Below are positions 1-7,823 of a DNA stretch of 64,000 nucleotides, one piece after another (position 1 is the stretch's first letter; the number at the start of each line of letters is the position of its first letter). The stretch comes from a virus, in the IMG/VR virus record IMGVR_UViG_3300046777_001715, positions 1-64,000 of that record; one strand, given 5' to 3'. The position numbers and the translations under genes are program-made. The notes under the pieces are model-generated. The model saw only the letters and a list, made by a program, of their open reading frames with translations, ran no database searches and had not been told where the DNA came from.

Positions 1-97
1 TACTACCTCATATCTCCCAGTTAATCTATCATAATATCTTGCTGCTTGACAGGTACAACTAAATACACCTGGTACATCAGAGCATTCCCATTTATGT

Positions 98-262
98 TCA
101 TGCATGATCAAAATACCCTTCTGCCCACAGGCCATCTAGGAATTCTCCAGCTTTAACTAAATAGTTATGAATTGCAGGATGTTCATCTGCATTAATTAAG
201 AGGTCGGCAGAGTTAATGCCATAAGACATATCTGCTAAATCCCTTGATGTATAACCTAACAT
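98..262 (-). CDS. small hypothetical protein (54 aa, MLGYTSRDLAD...)
   Basis: Read by hand; ATG overlaps the stop of the 262..492 ORF (TAATG coupling). Confidence 0.6.
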   Translation of the reverse strand: MLGYTSRDLADMSYGINSADLLINADEHPAIHNYLVKAGEFLDGLWAEGYFDHA

Positions 263-492
263 TATTTCTCCTCATCCCACTCTATGTAATATTGGTCTTC
301 AGGTTTCAAATCATAAAACTGATTAAATCTACCTTTTAGATAATTGCTTTCACACATTTCAGCAAATCTATAATCTGCATATAGTTGGCCTTCATCTAAA
401 TTAGAATTAACCCATTCCTCTACTAGTTGTTCACCAATATAAGAATATTCTGCGTCTATTACCATTTGATTTTCATTTTCTAAGAAACTCAT
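262..492 (-). CDS. acidic hypothetical protein
   Basis: ORF track; coupled to neighbours. Confidence 0.7.
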   Translation of the reverse strand: MSFLENENQMVIDAEYSYIGEQLVEEWVNSNLDEGQLYADYRFAEMCESNYLKGRFNQFYDLKPEDQYYIEWDEEK

Positions 493-1262
493 GCTTCCAC
501 CTTTTCTGTAGATTCCAATAATACACTATGGGTCTGACATTCTTTCATAGCCTCATCATCTTGCCAAGAACCCTCATTGCATTCTGAGCAGAATTGACCA
601 CAATCATTTTCACAATACTCAACACAATCAAAAGATTGGCAAGCATAGCAACGATTCTCATATTCTAGAATAGTTTTAACATCACCACGGACAATCTCAT
701 ATTCCCCACCCCAGCCTGTTTCCTCTTCATACTCTAATGTGAGCAGGCAGTTAGGAACAAGATTACTTAGTTTAGTTAGAATAGTTACAGCAGGTGACCA
801 TGCAGTCTCATATTTATATACAAGCCAGTTATCATCACCTTCTGATTTATATTCAAGTAATTCTGTATTAGAATACTCTTCGCCGTCACGGACGGCTACA
901 TCCCATTTAGTTCCCCAGTTGGTATTATTCCATGAATACCAATCTTTAGATACTTTAGCAATTTCAATAGATTTAGCAAACCAATTAGGGTCATTTGTAT
1001 CTAGACCTGTGCGGTCAGGCTGGCAGGCATACTCCTCATCAGTAATGCCGTCATCCTTATATGAGTGGATATTAAAGAAAGCAAAGACAGGATTATTATA
1101 TTCAACCTGCTTAATTTTGGTGGGGAAGCCTGAAGAACTAATATCACCCATACCATATGTCTCTTGTGCTAATACAAATGGCTTATTCAATCTATCTTTA
1201 ATCATATCTACCTCAGACTTAGGTCCTTGGATAGTTAATGTGTTATAACACCAATTTGGCAT
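489..1262 (-). CDS. Api92/YubB ferredoxin-like (DUF1281-type) phage protein
   Basis: MPNWCYN start, W..NWGTKWD and ETAWSP motifs; AACGAAAGG RBS. Confidence 0.75.
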   Translation of the reverse strand: MPNWCYNTLTIQGPKSEVDMIKDRLNKPFVLAQETYGMGDISSSGFPTKIKQVEYNNPVFAFFNIHSYKDDGITDEEYACQPDRTGLDTNDPNWFAKSIEIAKVSKDWYSWNNTNWGTKWDVAVRDGEEYSNTELLEYKSEGDDNWLVYKYETAWSPAVTILTKLSNLVPNCLLTLEYEEETGWGGEYEIVRGDVKTILEYENRCYACQSFDCVEYCENDCGQFCSECNEGSWQDDEAMKECQTHSVLLESTEKVEA

Positions 1263-1289
1263 TTTATATCCTTTCGTTGATATGACCTA

Positions 1290-1312
1290 ATTATATATTA
1301 GAGCACTGACAA
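1290..1312 (-). promoter_or_regulatory. RecA-NDp/PafBC-type promoter
   Basis: TTGTCAGTG-CTCTAATA-TATAAT on minus strand. Confidence 0.8.
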
Positions 1313-1330
1313 ATGTCTATAGAATATCCG

Positions 1331-1346
1331 TGTGATTCACACCACA
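1331..1346. promoter_or_regulatory. CRP/GlxR-like box (1 mismatch)
   Basis: TGTGA-TTCACA-CCACA. Confidence 0.5.
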
Positions 1347-1433
1347 TGATCTCAAAGCTTGAGAATTCCTGTGAATTTACTTGACCGTCTTAAATACCTT
1401 ATGCTATCCTCAGTCTTTTGCGGGCTTCCTGGC

Positions 1434-1560
1434 AAAAAGTTGGGGCCCTAGCAGTCTCTCCTCTGCTGGGCCCCTGGCGTTTGGCTGCATCCACACTATG
1501 CATATTTAAAGACTTGGCCGAAAGGGTGACCTGATAGCCTTACCAAACTATTTATGTTGA
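1434..1560 (-). ncRNA. candidate structured small RNA
   Basis: TGn-TATAAT at 1567-1575, multi-stem fold, GC-rich terminator hairpin with U-tract, no credible ORF. Confidence 0.45.
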
Positions 1561-1579
1561 ATTTATATTATATCATATC

Positions 1580-1930
1580 CTAGTTAACTGGAATTGTTGA
1601 ACCAAGGTGATACGCAATAAACTCCTCAAAACTGTGACCGTCAATCATTTTGTTAACCATGTCGATTTCAACTGTGAAATCCCATGCTGCAAAATCAGAC
1701 GGCTTAGCAACGGCACCAATTCCAAATCCTGTTTCTTGGTCCCATTCGCTTCCAATTAATTTACTAATGATGTTACGTATAGCATATGATGTGTCTTGCC
1801 AACGTGGACGTGCATGCATTAAAGCATTAGCAATGTCTATTTGCCAATCTGTCTCGCCCCAATGACTGTACAGCCATACTGCAGGTTCTTCAGCGCCTTC
1901 GTTGAAGAGATAATTAATCCGTGCTCCCAT
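1580..1930 (-). CDS. hypothetical protein (YSHWG motif, actinophage-type)
   Basis: ORF track. Confidence 0.75.
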   Translation of the reverse strand: MGARINYLFNEGAEEPAVWLYSHWGETDWQIDIANALMHARPRWQDTSYAIRNIISKLIGSEWDQETGFGIGAVAKPSDFAAWDFTVEIDMVNKMIDGHSFEEFIAYHLGSTIPVN

Positions 1931-2114
1931 TTGTTACTTCCGCCTTTTCTGAGTTGATGATGTGTGCTAATTCTACAATCTCGTAGGACCACTTGTCAAG
2001 AGCATCTTTAAACTCATTGTAGTGGTGCCCACAAAAGAATAGGTCCCCTGCTAATCCCTTAGCTTGGTATAAAGCTTGTGCTGTTTCGCATTTGTCGCAG
2101 CCTTGCCATGTCAT
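1914..2114 (-). CDS. small zinc-binding protein (CxxC...FCGHH)
   Basis: Cys/His pattern; start reassigned to MTWQG, coupled to upstream stop. Confidence 0.65.
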   Translation of the reverse strand: MTWQGCDKCETAQALYQAKGLAGDLFFCGHHYNEFKDALDKWSYEIVELAHIINSEKAEVTNGSTD

Positions 2115-2257
2115 AGAGTTCCGCCTTCTATCATTTCCGAAAGACGATCTAAGATCCATGAGTCAATGTCAGCGATATCAATCTCTGATAACTTCTCCAT
2201 GATTTCTTCACGAGCAAACTTGTACCCGTCATCAAAACCGTCTTTATAGTCCGACAT
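2111..2257 (-). CDS. small acidic protein (48 aa, MSDYKDGFDDGY...)
   Basis: Read by hand; GGAGA RBS; fills the gap. Confidence 0.65.
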   Translation of the reverse strand: MSDYKDGFDDGYKFAREEIMEKLSEIDIADIDSWILDRLSEMIEGGTL

Positions 2258-2258
2258 T

Positions 2259-2471
2259 TTATCTCCCTGTGTATCCTGTTGCCTCGTACTCGCTTACATA
2301 TGATTCTGATAGATTATATTTATCACGAATGCGGCTTACTTTCTCAATACTACCAGTTCCAATATTGAATGTCAATGGTGTCATTGCCTGCGGGTCTAGC
2401 CCTGTGATTTGTGCATCCCAATAGGCCCTCTCCATGGAGAGCCTATCGGGAGCGGTGAGTTCAAAGTACAT
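2259..2471 (-). CDS. hypothetical protein
   Basis: ORF track. Confidence 0.7.
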   Translation of the reverse strand: MYFELTAPDRLSMERAYWDAQITGLDPQAMTPLTFNIGTGSIEKVSRIRDKYNLSESYVSEYEATGYTGR

Positions 2472-3142
2472 TATGCTTCTCTCACATGACAGATTTCAAT
2501 GTCGCCAATTTCAATACGACCTGACTGTGAATCAACATACAGATTATCTGTAACTTCATCTTCAAGGTCATTACCCCAATCAGAAAGCAAATCAATTTCC
2601 ATTGTTCCGCTAACTTCGATTGTGCAAGTAAATTCAACCTGACGTGTTAGTTCAATATCAAGCGCTTCAGCAATTGCACGTAGAGTTTCTTGGTCCTCTG
2701 ATTCTGAATATGCTTCAGTGATAATATCTTTAACTAAACTAATCTTGTTAGTTAGAACGCCGTTAGTCTTCTGAGCCTGACGAGCATTGTGTAGGTCCCA
2801 TTCAAGGCTGGAAACCTTGGCGGTTGTAAATTCAGGGTCGGAGTAACCATGAATCACCTTATATGTAACTAGTAGATTAGGATTGTATTCCACTGCAGGT
2901 GAATGCAATGCATCCGAACCAATTGTTGTTTCTTCCATTTGTTCCTCTTTCGTTGTGGTTGTAGGTTGAATTGTAGCATGCTCCACTGACACCAATGTAG
3001 TATCTCTACCACATGGGCATGTGAGCTTTGTCACACCAGATGGGAATCCAAATCCATCTGATGATGTTAGTTCAATTAAACAATCACATTCATCTGGGTC
3101 ACAGACAAACGTGTACTTACTTGACATTAATTCATTTGACAT
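2471..3142 (-). CDS. hypothetical protein with N-terminal Cys cluster; probable second in-frame start at 2938
   Basis: Leaderless ATG 7 nt after TATAAT; internal promoter and RBS before MEETT. Confidence 0.7.
   Translation of the reverse strand: MSNELMSSKYTFVCDPDECDCLIELTSSDGFGFPSGVTKLTCPCGRDTTLVSVEHATIQPTTTTKEEQMEETTIGSDALHSPAVEYNPNLLVTYKVIHGYSDPEFTTAKVSSLEWDLHNARQAQKTNGVLTNKISLVKDIITEAYSESEDQETLRAIAEALDIELTRQVEFTCTIEVSGTMEIDLLSDWGNDLEDEVTDNLYVDSQSGRIEIGDIEICHVREA
2970..2992 (-). promoter_or_regulatory. RecA-NDp/PafBC-type promoter (intragenic)
   Basis: GTGTCAGTG-GAGCATGC-TACAAT. Confidence 0.75.
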
Positions 3143-3149
3143 GCCGAGA

Positions 3150-3172
3150 ATTATACACCACCCCACTGACAT
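3150..3172 (-). promoter_or_regulatory. RecA-NDp/PafBC-type promoter (leaderless)
   Basis: ATGTCAGTG-GGGTGGTG-TATAAT-7nt-ATG. Confidence 0.8.
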
Positions 3173-3271
3173 TTACAAGGAAATCCTGTGAAATTTTTAC
3201 GTGTCCCGTATGAGCTTGGTCACATCCTCAATATATTGCGGGCGTCTCATTATGTGAAACAAATTGTCTTG

Positions 3272-3344
3272 CGATTCGTACGGGATTTGAACCCGTGATC
3301 TCTACCGTGACAGGGTAGCGCTTTAACCACTAAGCTAACGAACC
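3272..3344 (-). tRNA. tRNA-Asp (GTC)
   Basis: Cloverleaf: GGTTCGT/ACGAATC acceptor, D-arm AGCTTAGTGGTTAAAGC, anticodon arm CTACC-CTGTCAC-GGTAG, T-loop GTTCAAATC; CCA not encoded. Confidence 0.93.
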
Positions 3345-3351
3345 AAATAGA

Positions 3352-3377
3352 AACGGGGGAGATTTCTCTCCCCCGTT
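3352..3377 (-). terminator. intrinsic terminator hairpin after DUF932 gene
   Basis: AACGGGGGAGA-loop-TCTCCCCCGTT inverted repeat. Confidence 0.7.
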
Positions 3378-3388
3378 AAATCATTTAG

Positions 3389-4393
3389 TTAAAATGATTT
3401 TACTAACTTGAGAATTTTATTTTTCTCAGCAGTTAGAACAGGGTCAAATCCTGATGCACCAGCCATTAGCGATTCAGAATTGCCACGACCAGAGCGGTAG
3501 TAATCAAGGCGTTCAGTGATTGCATTAAATGCACCCCACTTTGTTCCCTTGATTGTAGAATTCGTTGGTGAATTGTGGTAAAGGTCATCAAGCAAAACAA
3601 CCTTGTTTTCCCACTTCTTCATTGCACCCTTCAAATCCTTATCAGGCTTTGGATAGATTGTCTGAATCAACTTTGAAAATTCAGCATCGGTGATTGCTTG
3701 ATTAAACAAGCCCTGAGCCTCTTTTTCAAATTCATCAAAGTATCCAAGAGCAAGACCAAGAGTCTCACGAGCAACTTGAATGCGACCTTCAACAGATTGT
3801 GTGTGGCGAATCTTGAAAGATTGCTTAGCACTCTTCATTGCAAGGTTTAGAGTATTTTGGCAAACAACACGAACAGGTGTAACCGCTGCCTGAACAGCAA
3901 CAGAACCATCGTGTGATGTCCAAACAATGAGATATAGTTTTGTCTCATCATTTGCGCCTTGTGGGTCAAGAACCATTGTGCGAGGAATATCTACAGTTCC
4001 AAACACAACTTTGCCCTTCTTAAGAGAACCAGCAGATTCCCAACGGCAATCAGCATTGGCATCGTGAATTGCATCAGCAAATGCAAATAATTCTTCATTC
4101 TGCACAGGCTTGTAACGCTTGCCAACAGTAGCAAGAACATCAGTCCCGCCATTAAATGGATTAGTGCGTAACACTAAAGAAGATTGAGAAACATCGTTAA
4201 ATGATTCTGGAATATGCTCAGTGATTGGAGACAAGCGAACATTCCAGTTGGAAAGTTTAGCCTCATCGAGCATTGTTTGAGTAGTTACATCTTCATCTTT
4301 ATTGAAGATGCGATTGGCAAGATTATGCCAAGCAGGAGCACCACGAAGCGCAAACGCAACTTCGCCATTTTCTATTTCTAGATTGTGAGCCAT
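3389..4393 (-). CDS. DUF932 family phage/plasmid protein (TIGR03299-like)
   Basis: AWH.L start, Y.PVQN, SHDGS, RVVCQNTL, RHT, GTKWGAFNA motifs. Confidence 0.9.
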   Translation of the reverse strand: MAHNLEIENGEVAFALRGAPAWHNLANRIFNKDEDVTTQTMLDEAKLSNWNVRLSPITEHIPESFNDVSQSSLVLRTNPFNGGTDVLATVGKRYKPVQNEELFAFADAIHDANADCRWESAGSLKKGKVVFGTVDIPRTMVLDPQGANDETKLYLIVWTSHDGSVAVQAAVTPVRVVCQNTLNLAMKSAKQSFKIRHTQSVEGRIQVARETLGLALGYFDEFEKEAQGLFNQAITDAEFSKLIQTIYPKPDKDLKGAMKKWENKVVLLDDLYHNSPTNSTIKGTKWGAFNAITERLDYYRSGRGNSESLMAGASGFDPVLTAEKNKILKLVKSF

Positions 4394-4423
4394 TTTTTGT
4401 CCTTTCGTTTAGTTGATTTGGCA

Positions 4424-4446
4424 ATTATAACAGGTCGCACTGACAT
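4424..4446 (-). promoter_or_regulatory. RecA-NDp/PafBC-type promoter
   Basis: ATGTCAGTG-CGACCTGT-TATAAT. Confidence 0.8.
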
Positions 4447-4483
4447 TGTCTAGATTAGTTAGTCATTTGTCCGAATTGATCCG

Positions 4484-4499
4484 TGTGAGTAATCTCACA
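4484..4499. promoter_or_regulatory. CRP/GlxR box (perfect)
   Basis: TGTGA-GTAATC-TCACA. Confidence 0.7.
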
Positions 4500-4511
4500 A
4501 ATTTTCAGGGT

Positions 4512-4541
4512 TGTGGATAACTGGTCGTAACCTGTGGATAA
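4512..4541. promoter_or_regulatory. pair of DnaA boxes
   Basis: TGTGGATAA (=TTATCCACA) at 4512 and 4533. Confidence 0.7.
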
Positions 4542-4679
4542 CCCCCGCACATAGTTGCGGGCATCTCACATTGTGAGAACGCTATCTCGATCTCAGCTGG
4601 CGGCAGCCCCGAAGGGTTGAGCAGTTTGGCGACTTGCTCAGGTCGTTCGCAATTTATCGTTATGCGAGAACGATTTTAT

Positions 4680-5096
4680 TTAGAGATACTTAGCAATTTG
4701 CTTCATAGTAGAAGCATTTACTGTTTCCTCATCTGTCATCTTGAGAATTGTTAGGGCATTTGTGATGTCCTCTTTCATCTCACGATAAGTGTGCTGATGG
4801 ATAATCTCAAAATCCTTTTCAGGCTCTTTAGGAAAATCAGTTTCCTTTGTGATGATGTCAAAATCAACATTGAGAGTGTTGTTCCATTGACGATAGTTTG
4901 TGCGAAGGTTCTCAGACTTTGCGAAGTTTGCGATAGCCCACTTGCCAATTTCTTTCTGCCACTTTTCACGGGCTTTCTGATACTTGGCTTCGTTTGCTTC
5001 TTGTGAAGCATAGTCTTTTTCTAGTGTTGCTAGGCGAGTTTCTAGTGCCTTGATTACCTTTGGTGTTGCCACCTTTACTGTGATTGCTCTACTCAT
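4680..5096 (-). CDS. hypothetical coiled-coil protein
   Basis: ORF track; AACGAAAGG RBS. Confidence 0.8.
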   Translation of the reverse strand: MSRAITVKVATPKVIKALETRLATLEKDYASQEANEAKYQKAREKWQKEIGKWAIANFAKSENLRTNYRQWNNTLNVDFDIITKETDFPKEPEKDFEIIHQHTYREMKEDITNALTILKMTDEETVNASTMKQIAKYL

Positions 5097-5127
5097 TTCT
5101 TACCTTTCGTTTGTGTGTTTGGAGAGT

Positions 5128-5150
5128 ATTTTATCAGAGGGGTCTGACAA
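5128..5150 (-). promoter_or_regulatory. RecA-NDp/PafBC-type promoter
   Basis: TTGTCAGAC-CCCTCTGA-TAAAAT. Confidence 0.75.
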
Positions 5151-5223
5151 AAAGTGTGTGAGGGTTCTTACTTACGACATTGGGCGAGGACTCCCTCTAA
5201 ACTGCCCCTGTTTCGCTAGTTAA

Positions 5224-5400
5224 TTAAACTAGAGCCGAATTGCTAACTGTTGTCCAACGAGTTTCTTTCGTTGGCATTTCCAGTAGCACTCGCACCGAGC
5301 CAGATGCGTTAGGAATAATCTCCTTGATTACTCCAGTTTTCTTTGACTTTAAGGTTGTGAATAAATCGCCAACCTTGTAAGTGTATCCATTTACTGTCAT
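5224..5400 (-). CDS. small SH3/KOW-like beta protein
   Basis: Start reassigned to MTVNG after GAAAGGAAG RBS; YKVGDL...TGVIKEI pattern. Confidence 0.65.
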   Translation of the reverse strand: MTVNGYTYKVGDLFTTLKSKKTGVIKEIIPNASGSVRVLLEMPTKETRWTTVSNSALV

Positions 5401-5426
5401 TTTGCTTCCTTTCTTGTTAGGGTAGT

Positions 5427-5449
5427 ATTTTAGCATAGGGGTCTGACAT
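5427..5449 (-). promoter_or_regulatory. RecA-NDp/PafBC-type promoter
   Basis: ATGTCAGAC-CCCTATGC-TAAAAT. Confidence 0.75.
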
Positions 5450-5466
5450 TTATCAAGCCCCTAGAG

Positions 5467-5482
5467 TGTGAGTTATCTCACA
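5467..5482. promoter_or_regulatory. CRP/GlxR box (perfect)
   Basis: TGTGA-GTTATC-TCACA, overlapping the stop codon of the 5478..5750 gene. Confidence 0.7.
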
Positions 5483-5750
5483 ATACTTCGGGCAACCAAG
5501 CGTCCAAGTGGTGGGCGTCTATAATTGCAGATGCAGGGCAAGAGGTCTTACCTTTCCAAGTAATGTCATCAGGTAGAGGTATCTCACGATCAAAATCCTC
5601 CTCATAGTATGCGTCAATAGCGTCTATGCAAGGTTGCACCATAGCAAGGGGAACGGGAGGGTAATGATTAGAGCGGAGATGAATACCAATAGCCATTTCT
5701 AAATCTAATTCTAATTCCTCAGATAAATCTAATGCTGTATTGTAACCCAT
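5478..5750 (-). CDS. hypothetical protein (HL.SNHYPPVP...HHL)
   Basis: ORF track; GGAG RBS. Confidence 0.8.
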   Translation of the reverse strand: MGYNTALDLSEELELDLEMAIGIHLRSNHYPPVPLAMVQPCIDAIDAYYEEDFDREIPLPDDITWKGKTSCPASAIIDAHHLDAWLPEVL

Positions 5751-5753
5751 TTA

Positions 5754-5960
5754 TTACTCCCCCCAACTTACTTTGGCGTATGAATTGTTTGCGTTAATCT
5801 TATCTAATGCACCAATACTATCTAATGCACCTGTAAATACGCCACTAAGTAAATCATTTAATTCTTTTTCAGAATAATTTACTAGAGCGGTTAAGACATA
5901 ATCAGGCATTGTTTTTTCATCAAAATCAACGCTGACTTTTACATTGTGTGTGAGTTTCAT
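5754..5960 (-). CDS. hypothetical protein
   Basis: ORF track; AACGAAAGGG RBS. Confidence 0.75.
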   Translation of the reverse strand: MKLTHNVKVSVDFDEKTMPDYVLTALVNYSEKELNDLLSGVFTGALDSIGALDKINANNSYAKVSWGE

Positions 5961-5984
5961 TTTTTCCCTTTCGTTATGGTCGCT

Positions 5985-6007
5985 ATTTTACACTACCCCA
6001 CCGACAT
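5985..6007 (-). promoter_or_regulatory. RecA-NDp/PafBC-type promoter
   Basis: ATGTCGGTG-GGGTAGTG-TAAAAT. Confidence 0.8.
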
Positions 6008-6022
6008 TTACAATTTCTGCAT

Positions 6023-6116
6023 CGGCGTGTCGCAGCTTTTGTGATATTTCTCACAATTCCCGTGTTTATCCACAGCCCCACTTAAACCTGTGGATAACCC
6101 CGCAAAAGACTGCGGG
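6023..6116. promoter_or_regulatory. composite cassette: GACACGCC site, CRP box, two DnaA boxes, CCCGCA palindrome
   Basis: CGGCGTGTCG 6023; TGTGA-N6-TCACA 6040-6055; TTATCCACA 6066; TGTGGATAA 6089; CCCGCAAAAGACTGCGGG 6099-6116. Confidence 0.7.
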
Positions 6117-6118
6117 CC

Positions 6119-6217
6119 TCACCTCAGCTTTGTCAACATGTAAATGACTAATAAAATTGGTGTACATAAGAATGCAATAATACCAATTGCAAACACGGTA
6201 CCAAGGAATTCATACAT
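6119..6217 (-). CDS. small membrane peptide (32 aa)
   Basis: MYEFLGTVFAIGIIAFLCTPILLVIYMLTKLR; TAATG coupling. Confidence 0.55.
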   Translation of the reverse strand: MYEFLGTVFAIGIIAFLCTPILLVIYMLTKLR

Positions 6218-6936
6218 TATTTTTTACTCGCAGAAAATCGAATGTCTGACTTACCATAAACACATAGGCCACATGAAACACATGCGGACCCTGCATTGCT
6301 AATAAGTGGAATAGACTTATTATTTTCAGGACACTTAGCACCAGGCTTTCCAGTCAATTCTTTCATTGTGCTTTCAGTTGCGGCGAATGTCTTCCCTAAA
6401 TATGCAAGGCGGATACTAGAATTTAATTTAAGGTCATGAGCAATTTCTTTATTGTCGTCATCGGTAGAATAATAAAGAGATAGATTAGAGATATCCTTAA
6501 GAATAAGCGCTGCAGACTTTACACGAGTATAAACCCAGAATTGAACATCCGCATGATCATTAATTACATTCTTCCAGGCATACGTATAGAAATCATTAAA
6601 GAAATCTCCGTCCCAGTGGATACGGAATAACATCGGTGCGTCTTTCTTTACACAATCAGCCTTGAAATCAATAATCATTTCATTAAGCAATTGATACATG
6701 GTCTCCATGTCTGCATTGCGTAGGAGCTCCCAGTTATGAAGAAGATTAGTTTTTACTCCAGGGAAGAGTTTTTCAAGCTTTCCCGCATAGCAGACGCTTT
6801 CGCACACGCTAGTGGCACCAGGACAGGAGAAAGCCTTGCCTGCAGGTAATCCAAAAGTATTAGCAATAGCGGCTTGCTTTCCATTTTTTGTGACAAGGTT
6901 AGCCACCTTTCTATCATTAGAACGTTTTAATTTCAT
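6217..6936 (-). CDS. gp88-like Fe-S (radical-SAM-related) phage protein
   Basis: CPGATSVCESVCYA, RIHWDGDF, YTR and C-terminal CxxCxxC; leaderless start MKLKRS. Confidence 0.8.
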   Translation of the reverse strand: MKLKRSNDRKVANLVTKNGKQAAIANTFGLPAGKAFSCPGATSVCESVCYAGKLEKLFPGVKTNLLHNWELLRNADMETMYQLLNEMIIDFKADCVKKDAPMLFRIHWDGDFFNDFYTYAWKNVINDHADVQFWVYTRVKSAALILKDISNLSLYYSTDDDNKEIAHDLKLNSSIRLAYLGKTFAATESTMKELTGKPGAKCPENNKSIPLISNAGSACVSCGLCVYGKSDIRFSASKK

Positions 6937-6943
6937 GGGGGTA

Positions 6944-6966
6944 ATTATAGCGGTTAGGTCTGACAT
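6944..6966 (-). promoter_or_regulatory. RecA-NDp/PafBC-type promoter (leaderless)
   Basis: ATGTCAGAC-CTAACCGC-TATAAT-7nt-ATG. Confidence 0.8.
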
Positions 6967-6967
6967 A

Positions 6968-7168
6968 TTAGTAATCCTCATCCATTCCAAATCCAGCGGA
7001 AGCAAGAGCGTCATTATCAGCCCATCCAGTTAATTCATAGAATGAAACTTCATCAGCGTCATAGCAAGAAGCACACAAGAAGTCATCCTGATAATAACCA
7101 TATTCATATGCGTCCATTAGGATATAATCAGCGCAATTATCGCCAGTGCAAAATACTTTGTATTCCAT
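6968..7168 (-). CDS. small acidic Cys protein ending ALASAGFGMDEDY
   Basis: Start reassigned to MEYKV after GAAAGG RBS. Confidence 0.7.
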   Translation of the reverse strand: MEYKVFCTGDNCADYILMDAYEYGYYQDDFLCASCYDADEVSFYELTGWADNDALASAGFGMDEDY

Positions 7169-7197
7169 TAGTTTGCCTTTCATTTGGAGAGGTTGCA

Positions 7198-7220
7198 ATT
7201 GTAGCAGAATGGACCGACAA
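7198..7220 (-). promoter_or_regulatory. RecA-NDp/PafBC-type promoter
   Basis: TTGTCGGTC-CATTCTGC-TACAAT. Confidence 0.8.
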
Positions 7221-7246
7221 AATCTAATCGAAATGCTCAAAATTCC

Positions 7247-7299
7247 TGTGATTTATACCACACTCGTAACGACACGCCCGACCCCGCAAAAGCTGCGGG
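7247..7299. promoter_or_regulatory. cassette: CRP-like box, GACACGCC site, CCCGCA palindrome
   Basis: TGTGA-TTTATA-CCACA 7247; GACACGCCC 7271; CCCGCAAAAGCTGCGGG 7283-7299. Confidence 0.6.
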
Positions 7300-7313
7300 C
7301 TTTAGTTGAAATT

Positions 7314-7433
7314 TCAATCAGTTTTATTTTTATGTTTTATTTTTCGTGTGTATTTTTTTTTATTGCGAACAGGAGTTGCGGCATTTGATCTCCGCAATTC
7401 CTGAATGCGTTTTATTTTTTCTTTTAAATTCAT
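7314..7433 (-). CDS. highly basic 39 aa peptide
   Basis: MNLKEKIKRIQELRRSNAATPVRNKKKYTRKIKHKNKTD; GAAAGG upstream. Confidence 0.6.
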   Translation of the reverse strand: MNLKEKIKRIQELRRSNAATPVRNKKKYTRKIKHKNKTD

Positions 7434-7434
7434 T

Positions 7435-7623
7435 TTATACCTTTCCAAAAATTGTGTGATAGTTGCTCGCTTCGTGAAATCTTGTTACATCAAATCGAGG
7501 ATTATCTTTTGCAAACATCTCCGCAAAATCTGTTACGACTTTAGAAAATAAAGCAGGGTGAGTTTTTGTGCTCATATAGTTTAGAATTTCTGCGGTTGCC
7601 ACATAGTCTTTTCTTGTCATCAT
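7435..7623 (-). CDS. hypothetical protein (MTRKDY...DNPRFD..RF)
   Basis: ORF track. Confidence 0.75.
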   Translation of the reverse strand: MMTRKDYVATAEILNYMSTKTHPALFSKVVTDFAEMFAKDNPRFDVTRFHEASNYHTIFGKV

Positions 7624-7823
7624 TTTACTGCCACCATTCCACTACGATAGAAAACTTTTGTATAGCATTTGCCTGAAGGCGTGTAGAGATTAACTGTTGA
7701 ATATTCGTTAGCCATTCCCCAATCGGTGAATAAGAAAAAGTTTTCCCACGCACCATATTCATTTTCATATTCAGCAGACCAATGAGGGGCGTTGCTATCA
7801 TAAGCGCAAGTTAGTTTATACAT
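7620..7823 (-). CDS. hypothetical protein
   Basis: ORF track; coupled. Confidence 0.7.
   Translation of the reverse strand: MYKLTCAYDSNAPHWSAEYENEYGAWENFFLFTDWGMANEYSTVNLYTPSGKCYTKVFYRSGMVAVK

Noticed and set aside
5159-5215. HDV-like/theta ribozyme (contains TCCTCGC on the minus strand)
   Set aside because: Could not build P1.1 and the catalytic J4/2 strand convincingly; kept only as an unassigned structure.
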